From assembly GCA_035692985.1 (NCBI GenBank), contig DASSHG010000009.1:7717-71716 (forward strand): a DNA stretch of 64,000 bases. The letters are read 5' to 3'. The stretch comes from Candidatus Saccharimonadales bacterium (lineage in GTDB: Bacteria; Patescibacteriota; Saccharimonadia; Saccharimonadales; UBA4665). Of the stretch, positions 23,668 through 34,275 are shown in pieces. How positions within the stretch are numbered: the stretch's first letter is position 1; each line of letters opens with the position of its first letter. A program made the position numbers and the translations under genes. The notes beneath the pieces are model-generated. The model did not search any database. It was not told the origin of the DNA and was given only the letters and a program-made list of their open reading frames with translations.

Positions 23668-24266
23668 TCGTCATCCGTTAGCGCCGCTTTGATATCGTGA
23701 TAGTTGAAGCCTTGCCGCGCCAGGTATTGCATTAATTTTTGATCGTCCTGATATTTGGTTTGGCGGCGTTTGCGCCCAATGGTAGCTTGCAGGGCGGTTT
23801 GTTCGTCTGCGTGTTCCGAACCGAGGGCCTGTTCAATAATATCCGGCGAAATACGTTTTTTGCGAAGCTCAAGCGTGAGCTTGCGGCGTGAAGTAGGCTT
23901 GAGCAGTCGGCGGTCATTAACGAATGCCTGGGCAAATTTTTCATCGTCAACCAAGCCGATAATACTTAACTTGTTAAGTATTATTTCTATCTGGGGTAGG
24001 GGAGTTTTTTTGCGTTGTAGGTAGAATTCGATCTCCCATTTCGACCGCGGCCTGAGGGCGATATAGCGCAGCGTTTGGTTGTAGATTTTGTCGTCTTCGG
24101 AAAGTTTCTTGAACTCTTTCAGTTGCCCTGCTGTCAATACGTCGCCTGACGCTAATTTGCTTTCCAGCAACGCCGCCTCGCTCAACGAAAACGCGTATTT
24201 GCCATCAACAAAAATCGAATAGCGGTCTGTTCTTTTTATCTGCTGTTTTATGCTTGTAATTTTCAT
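23664..24266 (-). CDS. recX: regulatory protein RecX
   Basis: Three-repeat helical protein directly downstream of recA (RYSIFVDGKYAFSL..., ...YLARQGFNYHDI). Confidence 0.75.
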   Translation of the reverse strand: MKITSIKQQIKRTDRYSIFVDGKYAFSLSEAALLESKLASGDVLTAGQLKEFKKLSEDDKIYNQTLRYIALRPRSKWEIEFYLQRKKTPLPQIEIILNKLSIIGLVDDEKFAQAFVNDRRLLKPTSRRKLTLELRKKRISPDIIEQALGSEHADEQTALQATIGRKRRQTKYQDDQKLMQYLARQGFNYHDIKAALTDDD

Positions 24267-24307
24267 TACTCAAGTTGAAGCATCAGCTGTAAACCATTTT
24301 AGGTCAT

Positions 24308-25366
24308 CTACTCCTTGGCGGCTTCGATAGCGGCGGCGCGGACTTTTTTGGCCAGCTCGCTCAGGACTTTGGGATTTTCTTCGAGATATTTTTTGGTGGC
24401 CTCGCGGCCCTGGCCGATTTTCTCGCCGTTATAGGCGTACCAGGCTCCGGATTTTTCAACGATTTCGGCGGCGGCAGCCAGATCCAGGACGTCGCCCGGA
24501 ATGCTTATGCCTCGGTTGTACATAATGTCGAACTCAGCTTGGCGGAAAGGCGGCGCGACCTTGTTTTTGACAACTTTGACGCGCGTTCGGTTGCCAACCA
24601 CTTCCTCGCCCTGTTTAATTTGGCCGATGCGCCGGATATCCATACGCACTGATGAATAGAATTTCAAAGCATTGCCGCCAGTGGTCGTTTCCGGGTTACC
24701 GAACATTACACCAATCTTCATGCGAATCTGGTTAATGAAAATGACTGTAGCTTTGCTGCGGCTAATAACACCGGTCAGCTTGCGCAACGCCTGGCTCATG
24801 AGGCGAGCTTGCAAACCGGGCAGACTGTCGCCCATATCGCCCTCGATCTCAGACCGTGGCACGAGGGCTGCCACTGAATCGACAACGATTATATCCACGG
24901 CGTTGGAGCGGACCAGCGTTTCGGTAATTTCCAGGGCTTGTTCGCCATTGTCGGGTTGCGATAACAACAAATTGTCGGTATCAACGCCAATGCGTTTAGC
25001 GTAGGCCGGATCCAGGGCATGCTCGGCGTCGATGAAAGCCGCCGTGCCGCCGCTGCGCTGTACCTCGGCGATAGCGTGCAGTGTTAAGGTCGTCTTGCCG
25101 GAGCTTTCCGGGCCATAAACTTCGATGACGCGGCCACGCGGGATGCCCCCGCCCAAAGCCAAATCAAGACTCAAAGCACCGGTCGGAATGGTTTCCACGT
25201 TAGTGGTATGGGCTTCTCCTAATTTCATGATAGAACCCTTGCCAAACTGTTTTTCGATAGTTTCTACGGCCAAACCAAGTGCCTTGGCCTTGGCCTTGCC
25301 CTCGCTGGCGCTATTCTTAGCGGCTTTGTCTTTAGCTGTTTCTTTGATCGTTTTGCTGTCTGCCAT
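24308..25366 (-). CDS. recA: recombinase RecA
   Basis: [48 protein letters not shown]. Confidence 0.95.
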   Translation of the reverse strand: MADSKTIKETAKDKAAKNSASEGKAKAKALGLAVETIEKQFGKGSIMKLGEAHTTNVETIPTGALSLDLALGGGIPRGRVIEVYGPESSGKTTLTLHAIAEVQRSGGTAAFIDAEHALDPAYAKRIGVDTDNLLLSQPDNGEQALEITETLVRSNAVDIIVVDSVAALVPRSEIEGDMGDSLPGLQARLMSQALRKLTGVISRSKATVIFINQIRMKIGVMFGNPETTTGGNALKFYSSVRMDIRRIGQIKQGEEVVGNRTRVKVVKNKVAPPFRQAEFDIMYNRGISIPGDVLDLAAAAEIVEKSGAWYAYNGEKIGQGREATKKYLEENPKVLSELAKKVRAAAIEAAKE

Positions 25367-25567
25367 GAACCCTCCTGGCGTTTATTGTTGCCTTTTCTTT
25401 ACTAATATTTTAGCACTATAAAGCCCGCCTGTCGCTTTAGTAAATTGCTAGCGCTTAGTTTGTCCTGAAATTTTAATGACTAATTAATATTAATGACAGC
25501 TGGAGTCTAGTAAGCGTAACTGGTATGATAACTGTAGTATGAAAATAAAAAATGGTGGGGCCGGCAT

Positions 25568-27373
25568 ATGCGTATAGACGATTCCCTGCTTGAGAAGTTT
25601 CTGCTGGATGGCAAGCGTGCCAGTCAAGAAAAAATTGCCGGGCTGCGCCAGCAGGCGGCCGATGAGAAAAAGCCATTGCAAGACCTGGTGCTCCAGAATA
25701 ATTTGCTGAGCGAAAAAGACCTGACCAAACTCTACGCCGATGAGATTGAAGTGCCTTTCGTGGAGCTCAATCCGCAGGAAATCAAGCACGATGCCATGCA
25801 GTTGTTGCCGGAGCGGATTGCCCGCCAGTATAACGCCATTGTTTTTGACACCGATAAAAGCGGGATCAAGCTGGTGGCCATGGAGGATCCGGACGATATC
25901 CAGGCGCTGAACTTCTTGCACAAACAGCTGGGCAGCAACCTAAAGATTTATATAACTCCACGCAGCCAGTTGCAGACCGCGCTGGACCAGTACAGGGACA
26001 ACATTAGCAGCGAGTTGACTAAAGTTATCGCTGATGACACCGACGCCGAAGATAGCGGTGACATCGATGAACAAGATGTCGCCGAAGATTCGCCGATTGC
26101 CCAGACCGTAAATATTATCATTGAATACGGCGTTAAGGCGGGAGCCAGCGACATCCATATCGAGCCGCGCGAAAACGACGTGGTGGTGCGTTACCGGATT
26201 GACGGCTTGCTGCGCGAAGCCAACAAGTTGCCCCGCAAATTGCTCGGCGCCCTGATCAGCCGTATCAAAATTCTCAGCAACCTGAAGATCGACGAGCACC
26301 GGGCGCCGCAAGACGGGCGCTTTAAAGTCAACTTTAACGGCCAGGTATATGCCCTGCGCGTTTCAACATTACCAATTTTGGACGGTGAAAAAGTCGCCAT
26401 CCGGTTGCTGAACGAGTCCAGCAAACCGGCATCTTTTACGGAACTTGGTTTTTGGGGCGCCGCGCTGGAAGATTTACAGCACGCCATAGTCCAGCCTCAC
26501 GGCATGGTACTGGTAACCGGGCCAACCGGCTCCGGCAAGTCGACAACTTTGTTTAGCGTGTTGACTTCGCTGAATACTCCGAACGTAAATATCTCGACCG
26601 TGGAAGACCCTATTGAGTACCACATAGTCGGTGCTAACCAAACGCAAGTCAATCCGGTGGCCGGCATGACATTCGGCAGCGGCCTACGTGCCCTTTTGCG
26701 GCAGGATCCGAACATCATCATGGTCGGCGAAATCCGTGATAAAGAAACGGCCGATTTGGCAGTGCAAGCCGCCCTGACCGGCCATTTGGTCTTTAGCACG
26801 CTGCACACTAACAATGCCGCGACCTGCCTGCCGCGTTTGCTGGATATGGGCGTGGAGCCGTTCCTGATTGCCAGCACGGTGCGTGTCATCATTGCCCAGC
26901 GGCTGGTGCGTCGGCTATGCGGCGATTGCCGCGAAAGTTTTACGCCTGATACTACCTCCCTAAAGCAACTCGACAAATCATTCCGTCTAAGCGATAACGG
27001 CGGTTTCGAAAAACTTCACAAGCTGGAAGAATCGGCCCTGCAAGGTGGTATAGGTAAAGCTACCGCGGCCGGCAACGCTGAAGCCGACAAGTTAAGCAGT
27101 ACTGAATCCACTATCACCCGGCTGTGGCGTCCGCACGATGGCGGCTGTGAGAACTGCAACCATAGCGGCTATAAAGGACGTATTGGCATTTATGAAGTCT
27201 TAAATAATTCTGAGAATATCCAAAAAATGATTGTCGGCAGCAGCACCAGCGAGGACATCCAGCGGACTGCCATTGCCAGCGGCATGATTACTATGCACTT
27301 GGACGGCCTGGTTAAAGCCCTGCGCGGGCAGACTAGCGTGGAAGAGGTTTTGCGCGTGACAGTGGAGGAATAA
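25568..27373 (+). CDS. pilB: type IV pilus assembly ATPase PilB (GspE family)
   Basis: Walker A GPTGSGKST, the Asp/His boxes, and the tetracysteine CGDC...CENC. Confidence 0.9.
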   Translation: MRIDDSLLEKFLLDGKRASQEKIAGLRQQAADEKKPLQDLVLQNNLLSEKDLTKLYADEIEVPFVELNPQEIKHDAMQLLPERIARQYNAIVFDTDKSGIKLVAMEDPDDIQALNFLHKQLGSNLKIYITPRSQLQTALDQYRDNISSELTKVIADDTDAEDSGDIDEQDVAEDSPIAQTVNIIIEYGVKAGASDIHIEPRENDVVVRYRIDGLLREANKLPRKLLGALISRIKILSNLKIDEHRAPQDGRFKVNFNGQVYALRVSTLPILDGEKVAIRLLNESSKPASFTELGFWGAALEDLQHAIVQPHGMVLVTGPTGSGKSTTLFSVLTSLNTPNVNISTVEDPIEYHIVGANQTQVNPVAGMTFGSGLRALLRQDPNIIMVGEIRDKETADLAVQAALTGHLVFSTLHTNNAATCLPRLLDMGVEPFLIASTVRVIIAQRLVRRLCGDCRESFTPDTTSLKQLDKSFRLSDNGGFEKLHKLEESALQGGIGKATAAGNAEADKLSSTESTITRLWRPHDGGCENCNHSGYKGRIGIYEVLNNSENIQKMIVGSSTSEDIQRTAIASGMITMHLDGLVKALRGQTSVEEVLRVTVEE

Positions 27374-27385
27374 GGAATACCAATA

Positions 27386-28654
27386 ATGCAGTTTACCTAC
27401 AAGGCGCTCAATATAGACGGCAAGACTGTCACCGGCACGGCCGAGGCCACATCCAAACAGGCCCTGTTGGCGCTATTACGCCGGCAAGGTGTCCGGCCAA
27501 TGCTAATAGAACCCAAAAAGGAAAAAAAGTGGTTCAGTAGTCTGTTCGGACCGTCCAAAAAAATTAAATCGTCCGATTTGGTTATTTTTACTCGGCAACT
27601 ATCGACAATGGTTTCGGCCGGCGTACCGTTGGCCCGTTCTTTGGCCGCTCTTCAAAGTGATGCCGCCAGTCCGTATATGCGCCAAGTGCTGGCCGGAGTT
27701 ACTAAAGACGTCGAGAGCGGCCTGCCGCTGGGCGCGGCCTTCGCTAAATATCCAACGGTGTTTTCTGACGTTTACGTAAATATGGTGAAAGCCGGCGAAG
27801 AAGGCGGTATCCTGGATAAAATCCTGAAGCGGCTGGCCTTACAGGTCGAGCTAGACGCTAGCATACGCAAGAAAATACGGAGCGCCATGATGTATCCGAT
27901 GGTGATCCTAACGATTACTATCGTGGCCTTTTTCGGCATTATGCTGTTTATCGTGCCAAAACTGGGTAAATTACTGACCGGCCTGGGCGGCCCCAACGCC
28001 AAGCTGCCCGTCTATACGCAGGTCCTGCTGAGTATAAGCAATTTTTGTTCCAGGCCGACTATCCTGGCCCATACCCATCTGCCGCTAATCTCCAAAACCC
28101 CTAATTTGATCTTGTTGCTTATTCTGGCGGCTATCGGCGCCGTGTACCTGGGGCGCTATATCCGGACACCAAAAGGCAGATATCGTTTTGACGACCTGAT
28201 GCTGCGGTTGCCGGTGATAAAAGTTATTGTACTGAAAACCGCCATAGCCCGTTTCGCGCGGACTTTCGCGGCATTAATGGGCGCCGGCGTGAGCGTTCTG
28301 GATTCCTTGGATGTTACCGGCGCGGCTATTGGCAACAAGGTCATTGAAGAAGAGTTGAGAGCGGCGGCCAAGGAAGTCCAGAGCGGCAAACAGCTTAGCG
28401 AGCCGCTGGGCCGCAGCAAGCACTTTCCGCCGATCGTAGCCCAAATGCTAATGGTCGGCGAAGAAACTGGCCAGATCGACACGGTACTGGTCAAGATAGC
28501 TGATTTTTACGAGGAAGAGGTCCAGGTGCTGATTGACGGTATGGCCGCCATAATCGAACCAGTGATGATTATATTTCTGGGTGCCGGTGTCGGCCTGATT
28601 GCCGCCTCGGTAATGGGTCCCATAGCCAATCTGAGCAAAAACATCGGTAATTAG
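27386..28654 (+). CDS. pilC: type IV pilus platform protein PilC (T2SS F family)
   Basis: Two T2SF repeats, three TM segments, and GGAGGAATAAGGA upstream. Confidence 0.9.
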   Translation: MQFTYKALNIDGKTVTGTAEATSKQALLALLRRQGVRPMLIEPKKEKKWFSSLFGPSKKIKSSDLVIFTRQLSTMVSAGVPLARSLAALQSDAASPYMRQVLAGVTKDVESGLPLGAAFAKYPTVFSDVYVNMVKAGEEGGILDKILKRLALQVELDASIRKKIRSAMMYPMVILTITIVAFFGIMLFIVPKLGKLLTGLGGPNAKLPVYTQVLLSISNFCSRPTILAHTHLPLISKTPNLILLLILAAIGAVYLGRYIRTPKGRYRFDDLMLRLPVIKVIVLKTAIARFARTFAALMGAGVSVLDSLDVTGAAIGNKVIEEELRAAAKEVQSGKQLSEPLGRSKHFPPIVAQMLMVGEETGQIDTVLVKIADFYEEEVQVLIDGMAAIIEPVMIIFLGAGVGLIAASVMGPIANLSKNIGN

Positions 28655-28670
28655 TTTTTCCACAGAACGG

Positions 28671-28698
28671 TTGACGTTATACCGTTTATGTTTATAAT
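28671..28698 (+). promoter_or_regulatory. sigma-70-type promoter of the major pilin gene (TTGACG-16 nt-TATAAT)
   Basis: Read directly. It implies a leader of roughly 85-90 nt before ATG 28790. Confidence 0.55.
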
Positions 28699-28789
28699 CA
28701 TACCCAGATACTTGGACTTGCTATAATTAAGGCGCGTCCAAAGATCAATAATCAAAATAATAACAAATTTAGGAAGGGTGGGTCCTTAA

Positions 28790-29278
28790 ATGATCTCTCT
28801 CAAGAAACGAAACCTTAACAACAAGGGTTTTACTATCGTCGAACTCTTGATCGTAATTGTCGTCATCGGCATTTTGGCGCTGCTAGTTATAACTACATAC
28901 AGCGGCATTCAGGCCAAAGCGCGCAACGCTAAACGCCAGACTGATATCCAGTCTATACAGACACAGCTGGAAGCTTTCTTCAGCCAGAACGGCTACTATC
29001 CGAACTTGGGTGATATGAACGATTCCACCTGGTTGGACACTAATATGAAGAGTCTGGACCAGACCGCTTTGACTGACCCGTCAAATCCGAGCGATAGCAA
29101 GACGCTGGCCGATACCCCGACCGACAAGCAGTACTCTTACCAAGTTACAAAGTCTGACGGCACGAGCTGCGAAGGCGCTACCCCCGCGGACACCGCCTGC
29201 GCCAAGTACACCTTGACCGCTAAGTACGAAGGCACCGTAAACGGTCAAACCGAGTACCAGAAGTCGAACCTCGACTAA
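28790..29278 (+). CDS. major type IV pilin
   Basis: Prepilin leader ...NNKG/FTIVELLIVIVVIGILA with Glu5. C-terminal Cys pair. Confidence 0.85.
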   Translation: MISLKKRNLNNKGFTIVELLIVIVVIGILALLVITTYSGIQAKARNAKRQTDIQSIQTQLEAFFSQNGYYPNLGDMNDSTWLDTNMKSLDQTALTDPSNPSDSKTLADTPTDKQYSYQVTKSDGTSCEGATPADTACAKYTLTAKYEGTVNGQTEYQKSNLD

Positions 29279-29300
29279 GGAACGAGCGACTCTCCCGCTC

Positions 29301-29330
29301 AAAAGACCTCCGGACAACCGGAGGTCTTTT
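29301..29330 (+). terminator. rho-independent terminator after the pilin gene
   Basis: AAAAGACCTCCGG-acaa-CCGGAGGTCTTTT. Confidence 0.8.
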
Positions 29331-29361
29331 ACTAAGCGGTTAATTATTCCTATAATAAAGC

Positions 29362-29763
29362 ATGAGCATGATAAAAGATGAGCCGGCCGGTTTCACGATA
29401 GTAGAGTTATTGGTAGCCATAGCTGTGATCGGTATAGCGATTGGTTCGCTCACCAGCCTGTTTATTAGCATCCGGAATATCCAGCAGCAGACTATCTATG
29501 CCGACACTGCCACCCGGGCCGCCCAGCGTGAAATCGAAACACTGCGCAACGACAACTACGCCTCTTTGACGCCCGGCCAATCAATTGATTTTACTTCCCA
29601 GCTGACCGGCAGCCTGCCGCCCGGCAGCAGCGGTTCGGTCCAGGTCAGCCAGCCAGCCACCGACCTGAGGCGTGTGGATGTAACCGTCACCTATACGGCT
29701 GACGGGAAACAGCACAACACTACCCTAAGCTCCTTAATTGGCGTGATTGGAATAACCCAATGA
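29362..29763 (+). CDS. minor pilin / pseudopilin
   Basis: ...PAG/FTIVELLVAIAVIGIA prepilin N-terminus. TATAAT lies 5 nt before the ATG. Confidence 0.75.
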   Translation: MSMIKDEPAGFTIVELLVAIAVIGIAIGSLTSLFISIRNIQQQTIYADTATRAAQREIETLRNDNYASLTPGQSIDFTSQLTGSLPPGSSGSVQVSQPATDLRRVDVTVTYTADGKQHNTTLSSLIGVIGITQ

Positions 29764-30428
29764 AGCGGCTTGATGGTGGCGGTTTTACGCTCGTTGAAGC
29801 CCTAGTGTCATTGGTGGTGACGACAGCAGTAGTCTTGGTGCTGACCAATTATATGCTTGGCAACGTCCAGCAAAGCACTACCGACCTGAGCCGTGATACG
29901 ATTATAAAAGAAACTGAGCAGGGTCTGGATCTGGCCGCTAACGACATCCGTGTCAGCGCCAACGCCGACGACAATAACCGCTGGCCGGACGCCAACAGCC
30001 CCGGCGGTGCCGCCAACCAATACGGCTGGCAATCCAATGGTTCTACCCTGGTGCTGGCTACCGCCGCCACGGACCAATCGGGCAATGTTATTTTCTCTGA
30101 TGCCGCCAATTACATAACCGCAAAAAATAATGTTGTGTACTACGTGCAAAATAGCACATTATACAAGCGGGTGATCGCGGCGCCGGCGGCGGGTAATGCC
30201 GCCGTTACGACCTGTCCGGCTGCCAGCGCTAGCAGCTCCTGTCCGGCTGACAAAGAGCTGCTACACAACGTAAGTGATTTTAGTGTTACCTATTTGAATG
30301 GCCAAAACCAATCGGTCTCCCCAACTGACGCGCGTTCCATAGAGCTGCACGTAACGGTCACTAAGAAAGTATTCGGCCAGCCGGTAAACGCCGATTACAC
30401 GACAAGGATGGTATTCCGCAATGATTAA
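29760..30428 (+). CDS. minor pilin
   Basis: ...GGG/FTLVEALVSLVV prepilin N-terminus. ATGA overlap with the upstream gene. Confidence 0.75.
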   Translation: MKRLDGGGFTLVEALVSLVVTTAVVLVLTNYMLGNVQQSTTDLSRDTIIKETEQGLDLAANDIRVSANADDNNRWPDANSPGGAANQYGWQSNGSTLVLATAATDQSGNVIFSDAANYITAKNNVVYYVQNSTLYKRVIAAPAAGNAAVTTCPAASASSSCPADKELLHNVSDFSVTYLNGQNQSVSPTDARSIELHVTVTKKVFGQPVNADYTTRMVFRND

Positions 30429-31833
30429 GCAACACGATCAAGATAGCCAGAGCGGGCTAATACTCATTAGCGTTATTATTGCTATCAGCGCGCTGATGAT
30501 AGTGGGGTTCGCGCTGGTGAGTTCCAGCACCAGCCAGTATTTGTTAACCAGCCAGAGCACCTATCGTGCTAACGCTCTGTTAGCGGCCGAAGCCGGCATT
30601 GAGCAGTCCTTGCAGCAACTAAACAGCAACGATAACTTCAGCGGCTACCCTACGGCCCAGCAATTTTTTGACGATACCGACCAGGGCTTGGGTACCTATA
30701 CCGCCACCGTCACAAACGACCCCCATAACGCCAACGCGCGGGTTATTACCTCTACCGGCAAAGTCTATCGCTACCATAACACCAGCTCGCCGGTCAGTAC
30801 CCGGATAGTCCGGGTCACAGCCGTAGGCACCAGCTCACAGGGATATTCCGTGTATTCAGGACCGGGCGGCTTGATACTGGGCGGCAGCGCGGCGATTACC
30901 AACTCTTCGGTCTACGTTAACGGTACGATTTCGCTATCCGGCACCGCTAAAATCGGTACCGCCAGCCAGCCGCTGACGGTAAATGTCGCCAATCAGGCCT
31001 GCCCCGCCGGTAACGACCCCGGTCCGACTTACCCGCAAGTCTGTACCTCCAGCCAACCTATAAGCCTAGCTTACAGCACTAATATATACGGAACTGTCTG
31101 CGCTACCGGCCAGACCAGCACAGGACCAAACAATAATATCCAGGGAGGCAATGGCGGTGCCGGCCTGAAGCCGGGCTGCACCGCTCCAGCCGTTAGCACG
31201 CCAACCTATGACCGCAATGCCCAAATCGGTGCTGTCACCACAACTAGTGCCGGCAATAACAATACCTATGTGTGTGACTCCTGGCCGTTTGACCGCACTT
31301 GGCCGGCCAACTTAGAATTAACCGGCAACGTCAGCGTCGGCAACAGTTGCAACTTAGTAGTTAAAGGCAATGTTTATATAACCGGCAATCTGGACATCAG
31401 TGGCGCGGCGCGCATCACCGTGGACGATAGTGCCGGCACAACCCGACCGGTAATTATCGTCGACGGCACCATAACGGTTGGCGGGTCGGCCCAATTGATC
31501 ACCAACTCGTCCGGTACCGGCATTGAGTTCATCAGTTTTAAGAGTACCGCCAGCTGCAGCCCCAATTGCACCAGCCTAAGCGGCAGCGACCTGAAAACAT
31601 CATCCAGCACCCAAACAGTCAGCATTGGCGGCGCGGCCAGCCTGCCTGGTATGGTGTTTGACGCCTATTGGGGGAAGATTAAGGTAGCTGGCAGCGGCAA
31701 CATCGGTTCGGCGATTGGCCAGACTGTTGATATGAGCGGCGCCGGTACGGTAACTTTTGGCACTACATTATCGTCCGGAGCCCGCACCTGGACTATCAGT
31801 AGCTATCAGGAACTGTACCCGAACCAGCTTTAA
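30421..31833 (+). CDS. large PilX-like minor pilin / putative tip protein (470 aa)
   Basis: Hydrophobic N-terminus SGLILISVIIAISALMIVGFALV. The C-terminal part is rich in G/N/T/S short repeats (GNVYITGNLDISGAARITV), which looks beta-helix-like. Confidence 0.6.
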   Translation: MIKQHDQDSQSGLILISVIIAISALMIVGFALVSSSTSQYLLTSQSTYRANALLAAEAGIEQSLQQLNSNDNFSGYPTAQQFFDDTDQGLGTYTATVTNDPHNANARVITSTGKVYRYHNTSSPVSTRIVRVTAVGTSSQGYSVYSGPGGLILGGSAAITNSSVYVNGTISLSGTAKIGTASQPLTVNVANQACPAGNDPGPTYPQVCTSSQPISLAYSTNIYGTVCATGQTSTGPNNNIQGGNGGAGLKPGCTAPAVSTPTYDRNAQIGAVTTTSAGNNNTYVCDSWPFDRTWPANLELTGNVSVGNSCNLVVKGNVYITGNLDISGAARITVDDSAGTTRPVIIVDGTITVGGSAQLITNSSGTGIEFISFKSTASCSPNCTSLSGSDLKTSSSTQTVSIGGAASLPGMVFDAYWGKIKVAGSGNIGSAIGQTVDMSGAGTVTFGTTLSSGARTWTISSYQELYPNQL

Positions 31834-31926
31834 CGGTATAATTATTAGACAGACGAGGTCTGGGTGGGCAGCCATGAAAACGATTACACAATACAAAATT
31901 TTATCTGATGTCAAAATAACTATTCT

Positions 31927-33030
31927 ATGAATATGACAAAGAGCGCGGCTTTTTTTCATGATAAACCATTGTTTGGACTGGAGATCGGTCACGGATCAAT
32001 GAAAGTCATGCAAGTGGGCGCTAATCTGTCTCCAGCCAGCGCCAAGTCCGCTCCCGCGGCACGGCGCCTGATTGGCTACGGAGCCACGACTTTTGACACG
32101 GCATCGCAAAAAGACGGTGTTATCGTCCAGCCGGAAATTGTGGCCAAAGCCGCGTTGGAGCTGTTTCGAAACCGTCTGGTCGGTGATATAACTACCCGCC
32201 GCGTGGCGATCGCCATACCAGCTTACCGGACCTTTACCAGGTCATTGCGCTTACCAAAACTTAAGCCTAAAGAGCTCAGCGAAGCTGTCCAGTTGGAGGC
32301 AGAACAGTATATACCGCTGCCGCTGGAAGAGCTTTATTTAGATTACGATGTCATCGGGCAGATAGGTGATTCTATGGAATTGTTCGCCGTGGCTACGCCG
32401 CGCAATATCGTTGATTCATACCTGGATTTGGCCCAAATTCTCGGTCTGGAAACAGTTTTGATAGAGCCCACCTTGAGCTCGCTCGGAAGACTTTTCTCTC
32501 TCGACAGCCAGCATGATATACCGGCTATTATTATTAATCTGGGGTCGGTTTCGTCGGATATCAGTATCTTTGATGGCCGCATACTAATAACTGGCACGGT
32601 TCAGGGCGGCGGCGAAGATTTTACCCGTTCAATTAAAGAAAAACTGGATGTCAGCCTGCAAGAAGCGGCGTTGATAAAAACCCGCTACGGCCTGGGCGTC
32701 AGCAAAAAACAAGTCGCTATTAAAGAAGCCTTGGAACCAATTTTGCAGGAAATTGTCAAAGAGATCCGCCGCATGGTGCGTTATTATAGCGAACGCTACG
32801 GCTTAAAACGGCCTATCGAACAGGTCGTTACGCTTGGCGGCGGCGCCAACATGCCAGGGCTTGACGAATATCTAACGGAAACTTTACATTTGGCCGTACG
32901 CCATAGCGAACCCTGGCAATATTTGGATTTTAAAGGCTTGCAGCCGCCCGGTGTATCGGACCGCCCGATGTATTCTACCGCGGCCGGCCTGAGCTTGGCG
33001 CGGCCACACGAGGTTTTCGGCAATGATTAA
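31927..33030 (+). CDS. pilM: type IV pilus assembly protein PilM (actin-like ATPase fold)
   Basis: LFGLEIGHGSMKVMQV... and position directly before the pilN-like gene. Confidence 0.8.
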   Translation: MNMTKSAAFFHDKPLFGLEIGHGSMKVMQVGANLSPASAKSAPAARRLIGYGATTFDTASQKDGVIVQPEIVAKAALELFRNRLVGDITTRRVAIAIPAYRTFTRSLRLPKLKPKELSEAVQLEAEQYIPLPLEELYLDYDVIGQIGDSMELFAVATPRNIVDSYLDLAQILGLETVLIEPTLSSLGRLFSLDSQHDIPAIIINLGSVSSDISIFDGRILITGTVQGGGEDFTRSIKEKLDVSLQEAALIKTRYGLGVSKKQVAIKEALEPILQEIVKEIRRMVRYYSERYGLKRPIEQVVTLGGGANMPGLDEYLTETLHLAVRHSEPWQYLDFKGLQPPGVSDRPMYSTAAGLSLARPHEVFGND

Positions 33031-33616
33031 CCTGCTACCTCCGGAAATCAAAGAAAATTACCGGTATGGACGCCGCAATGTCAGCCTGCGCAAGTGGGCT
33101 GTCGGTTGTTTAGCTGCTCTGGTTGGCCTGGGCATTATAACGACTTACGGGCTGCTGGTCCTGCAACAATCAACGAATCATTACAACCACAAGATCGCCG
33201 CTTCAAAAGCCCTATTCAAAAAAGAAGATTTCACGGGCACCCAGGCGCACGTCCAGGATATAAGCAATAGCTTTAAACTAGTGGTGAAAGTTTTGGGCAA
33301 AGAGGTGCTGTTCTCACAGCTTATCAAACAAATCGGCGCTAGTATGCCGGCTAACGCTAACCTGACAGGCCTGGATATCAGTAGCGTGCAAGGCGGATTA
33401 GATATAACGGCGAACGCAATTGACTATAAGACCGCGACCCAAGTCCAGGTCAACCTGTCGGACCCGGCTAATAAAATATTCGACAAAGCGGATATAGTAA
33501 ATATCACTTGCAATGATGCCACAAACTCAAGCTACCCATGCCAAGTAACCATCCGTGCCCTCTTTGCTAAGAATAATCCCTTCCTGTTCATTAACAATAA
33601 GACGGGGCAACCATGA
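33023..33616 (+). CDS. pilN: PilN-like fimbrial assembly protein
   Basis: MINLLPPEIKE... followed by a single TM helix. Confidence 0.7.
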   Translation: MINLLPPEIKENYRYGRRNVSLRKWAVGCLAALVGLGIITTYGLLVLQQSTNHYNHKIAASKALFKKEDFTGTQAHVQDISNSFKLVVKVLGKEVLFSQLIKQIGASMPANANLTGLDISSVQGGLDITANAIDYKTATQVQVNLSDPANKIFDKADIVNITCNDATNSSYPCQVTIRALFAKNNPFLFINNKTGQP

Positions 33617-34275
33617 ACGTAAGCAGCAAGCAGGTATATTGGGGTCTGTTGGTTTTAATTGCTCTGTTGCTGTTAGCATTACCGGTAAGCGCTTACAAAA
33701 TTAACGGCTTACTAGCTTCACGGGCCCAGGTACAGCTGAAAGCCAAAAGCGAGGCTTTAGACCAGGAACAGAATAGTTTTGAGATAGCTCAACAAAATAT
33801 CAAGAAATATGCCGGCCTGGAGAAAATCGCCCAGGCGATTGTACCGCAAGATAAAAGCCAGGCCGAAGCCGTACGTGAAATTGTCAACATAGCAGACCAG
33901 AATGGCATTGCTATAGGGTCGCTTTCTTTTCCGCCTTCGTCGCTTGGCAGTACCTCCGGAGCTGGCACCAGTTCCAGCAATAGCTCCGCGAGTTCCGCGG
34001 CGTCGGCTTCCAGCCCCGCCGCTAATGCCAGCAGTTCGCAGAACAAACTTTCACAACTGACGTCCGTAAGCGGCATACCTGGAGTTTACCAACTGCCAAT
34101 TACGGTCACTAGCGATTCTAAAAAACCAATCCAGTATAATCAGTTAATTAATTTCTTGGGCGACCTGGAGCATAACCGCCGTACGGCCCAGGTTAATTCT
34201 ATTAGTATTAGTCCCGTGGGAAATGGTAAATACCTGACTTTTGTTATTGTATTAAATGAGTATATTAAGCCATGA
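33613..34275 (+). CDS. PilO-like pilus assembly protein with Ser/Ala-rich insert
   Basis: N-terminal TM helix, coiled coil and position after pilN. Low-complexity SSSNSSASSAASASSPAANASSS. Confidence 0.5.
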   Translation: MNVSSKQVYWGLLVLIALLLLALPVSAYKINGLLASRAQVQLKAKSEALDQEQNSFEIAQQNIKKYAGLEKIAQAIVPQDKSQAEAVREIVNIADQNGIAIGSLSFPPSSLGSTSGAGTSSSNSSASSAASASSPAANASSSQNKLSQLTSVSGIPGVYQLPITVTSDSKKPIQYNQLINFLGDLEHNRRTAQVNSISISPVGNGKYLTFVIVLNEYIKP

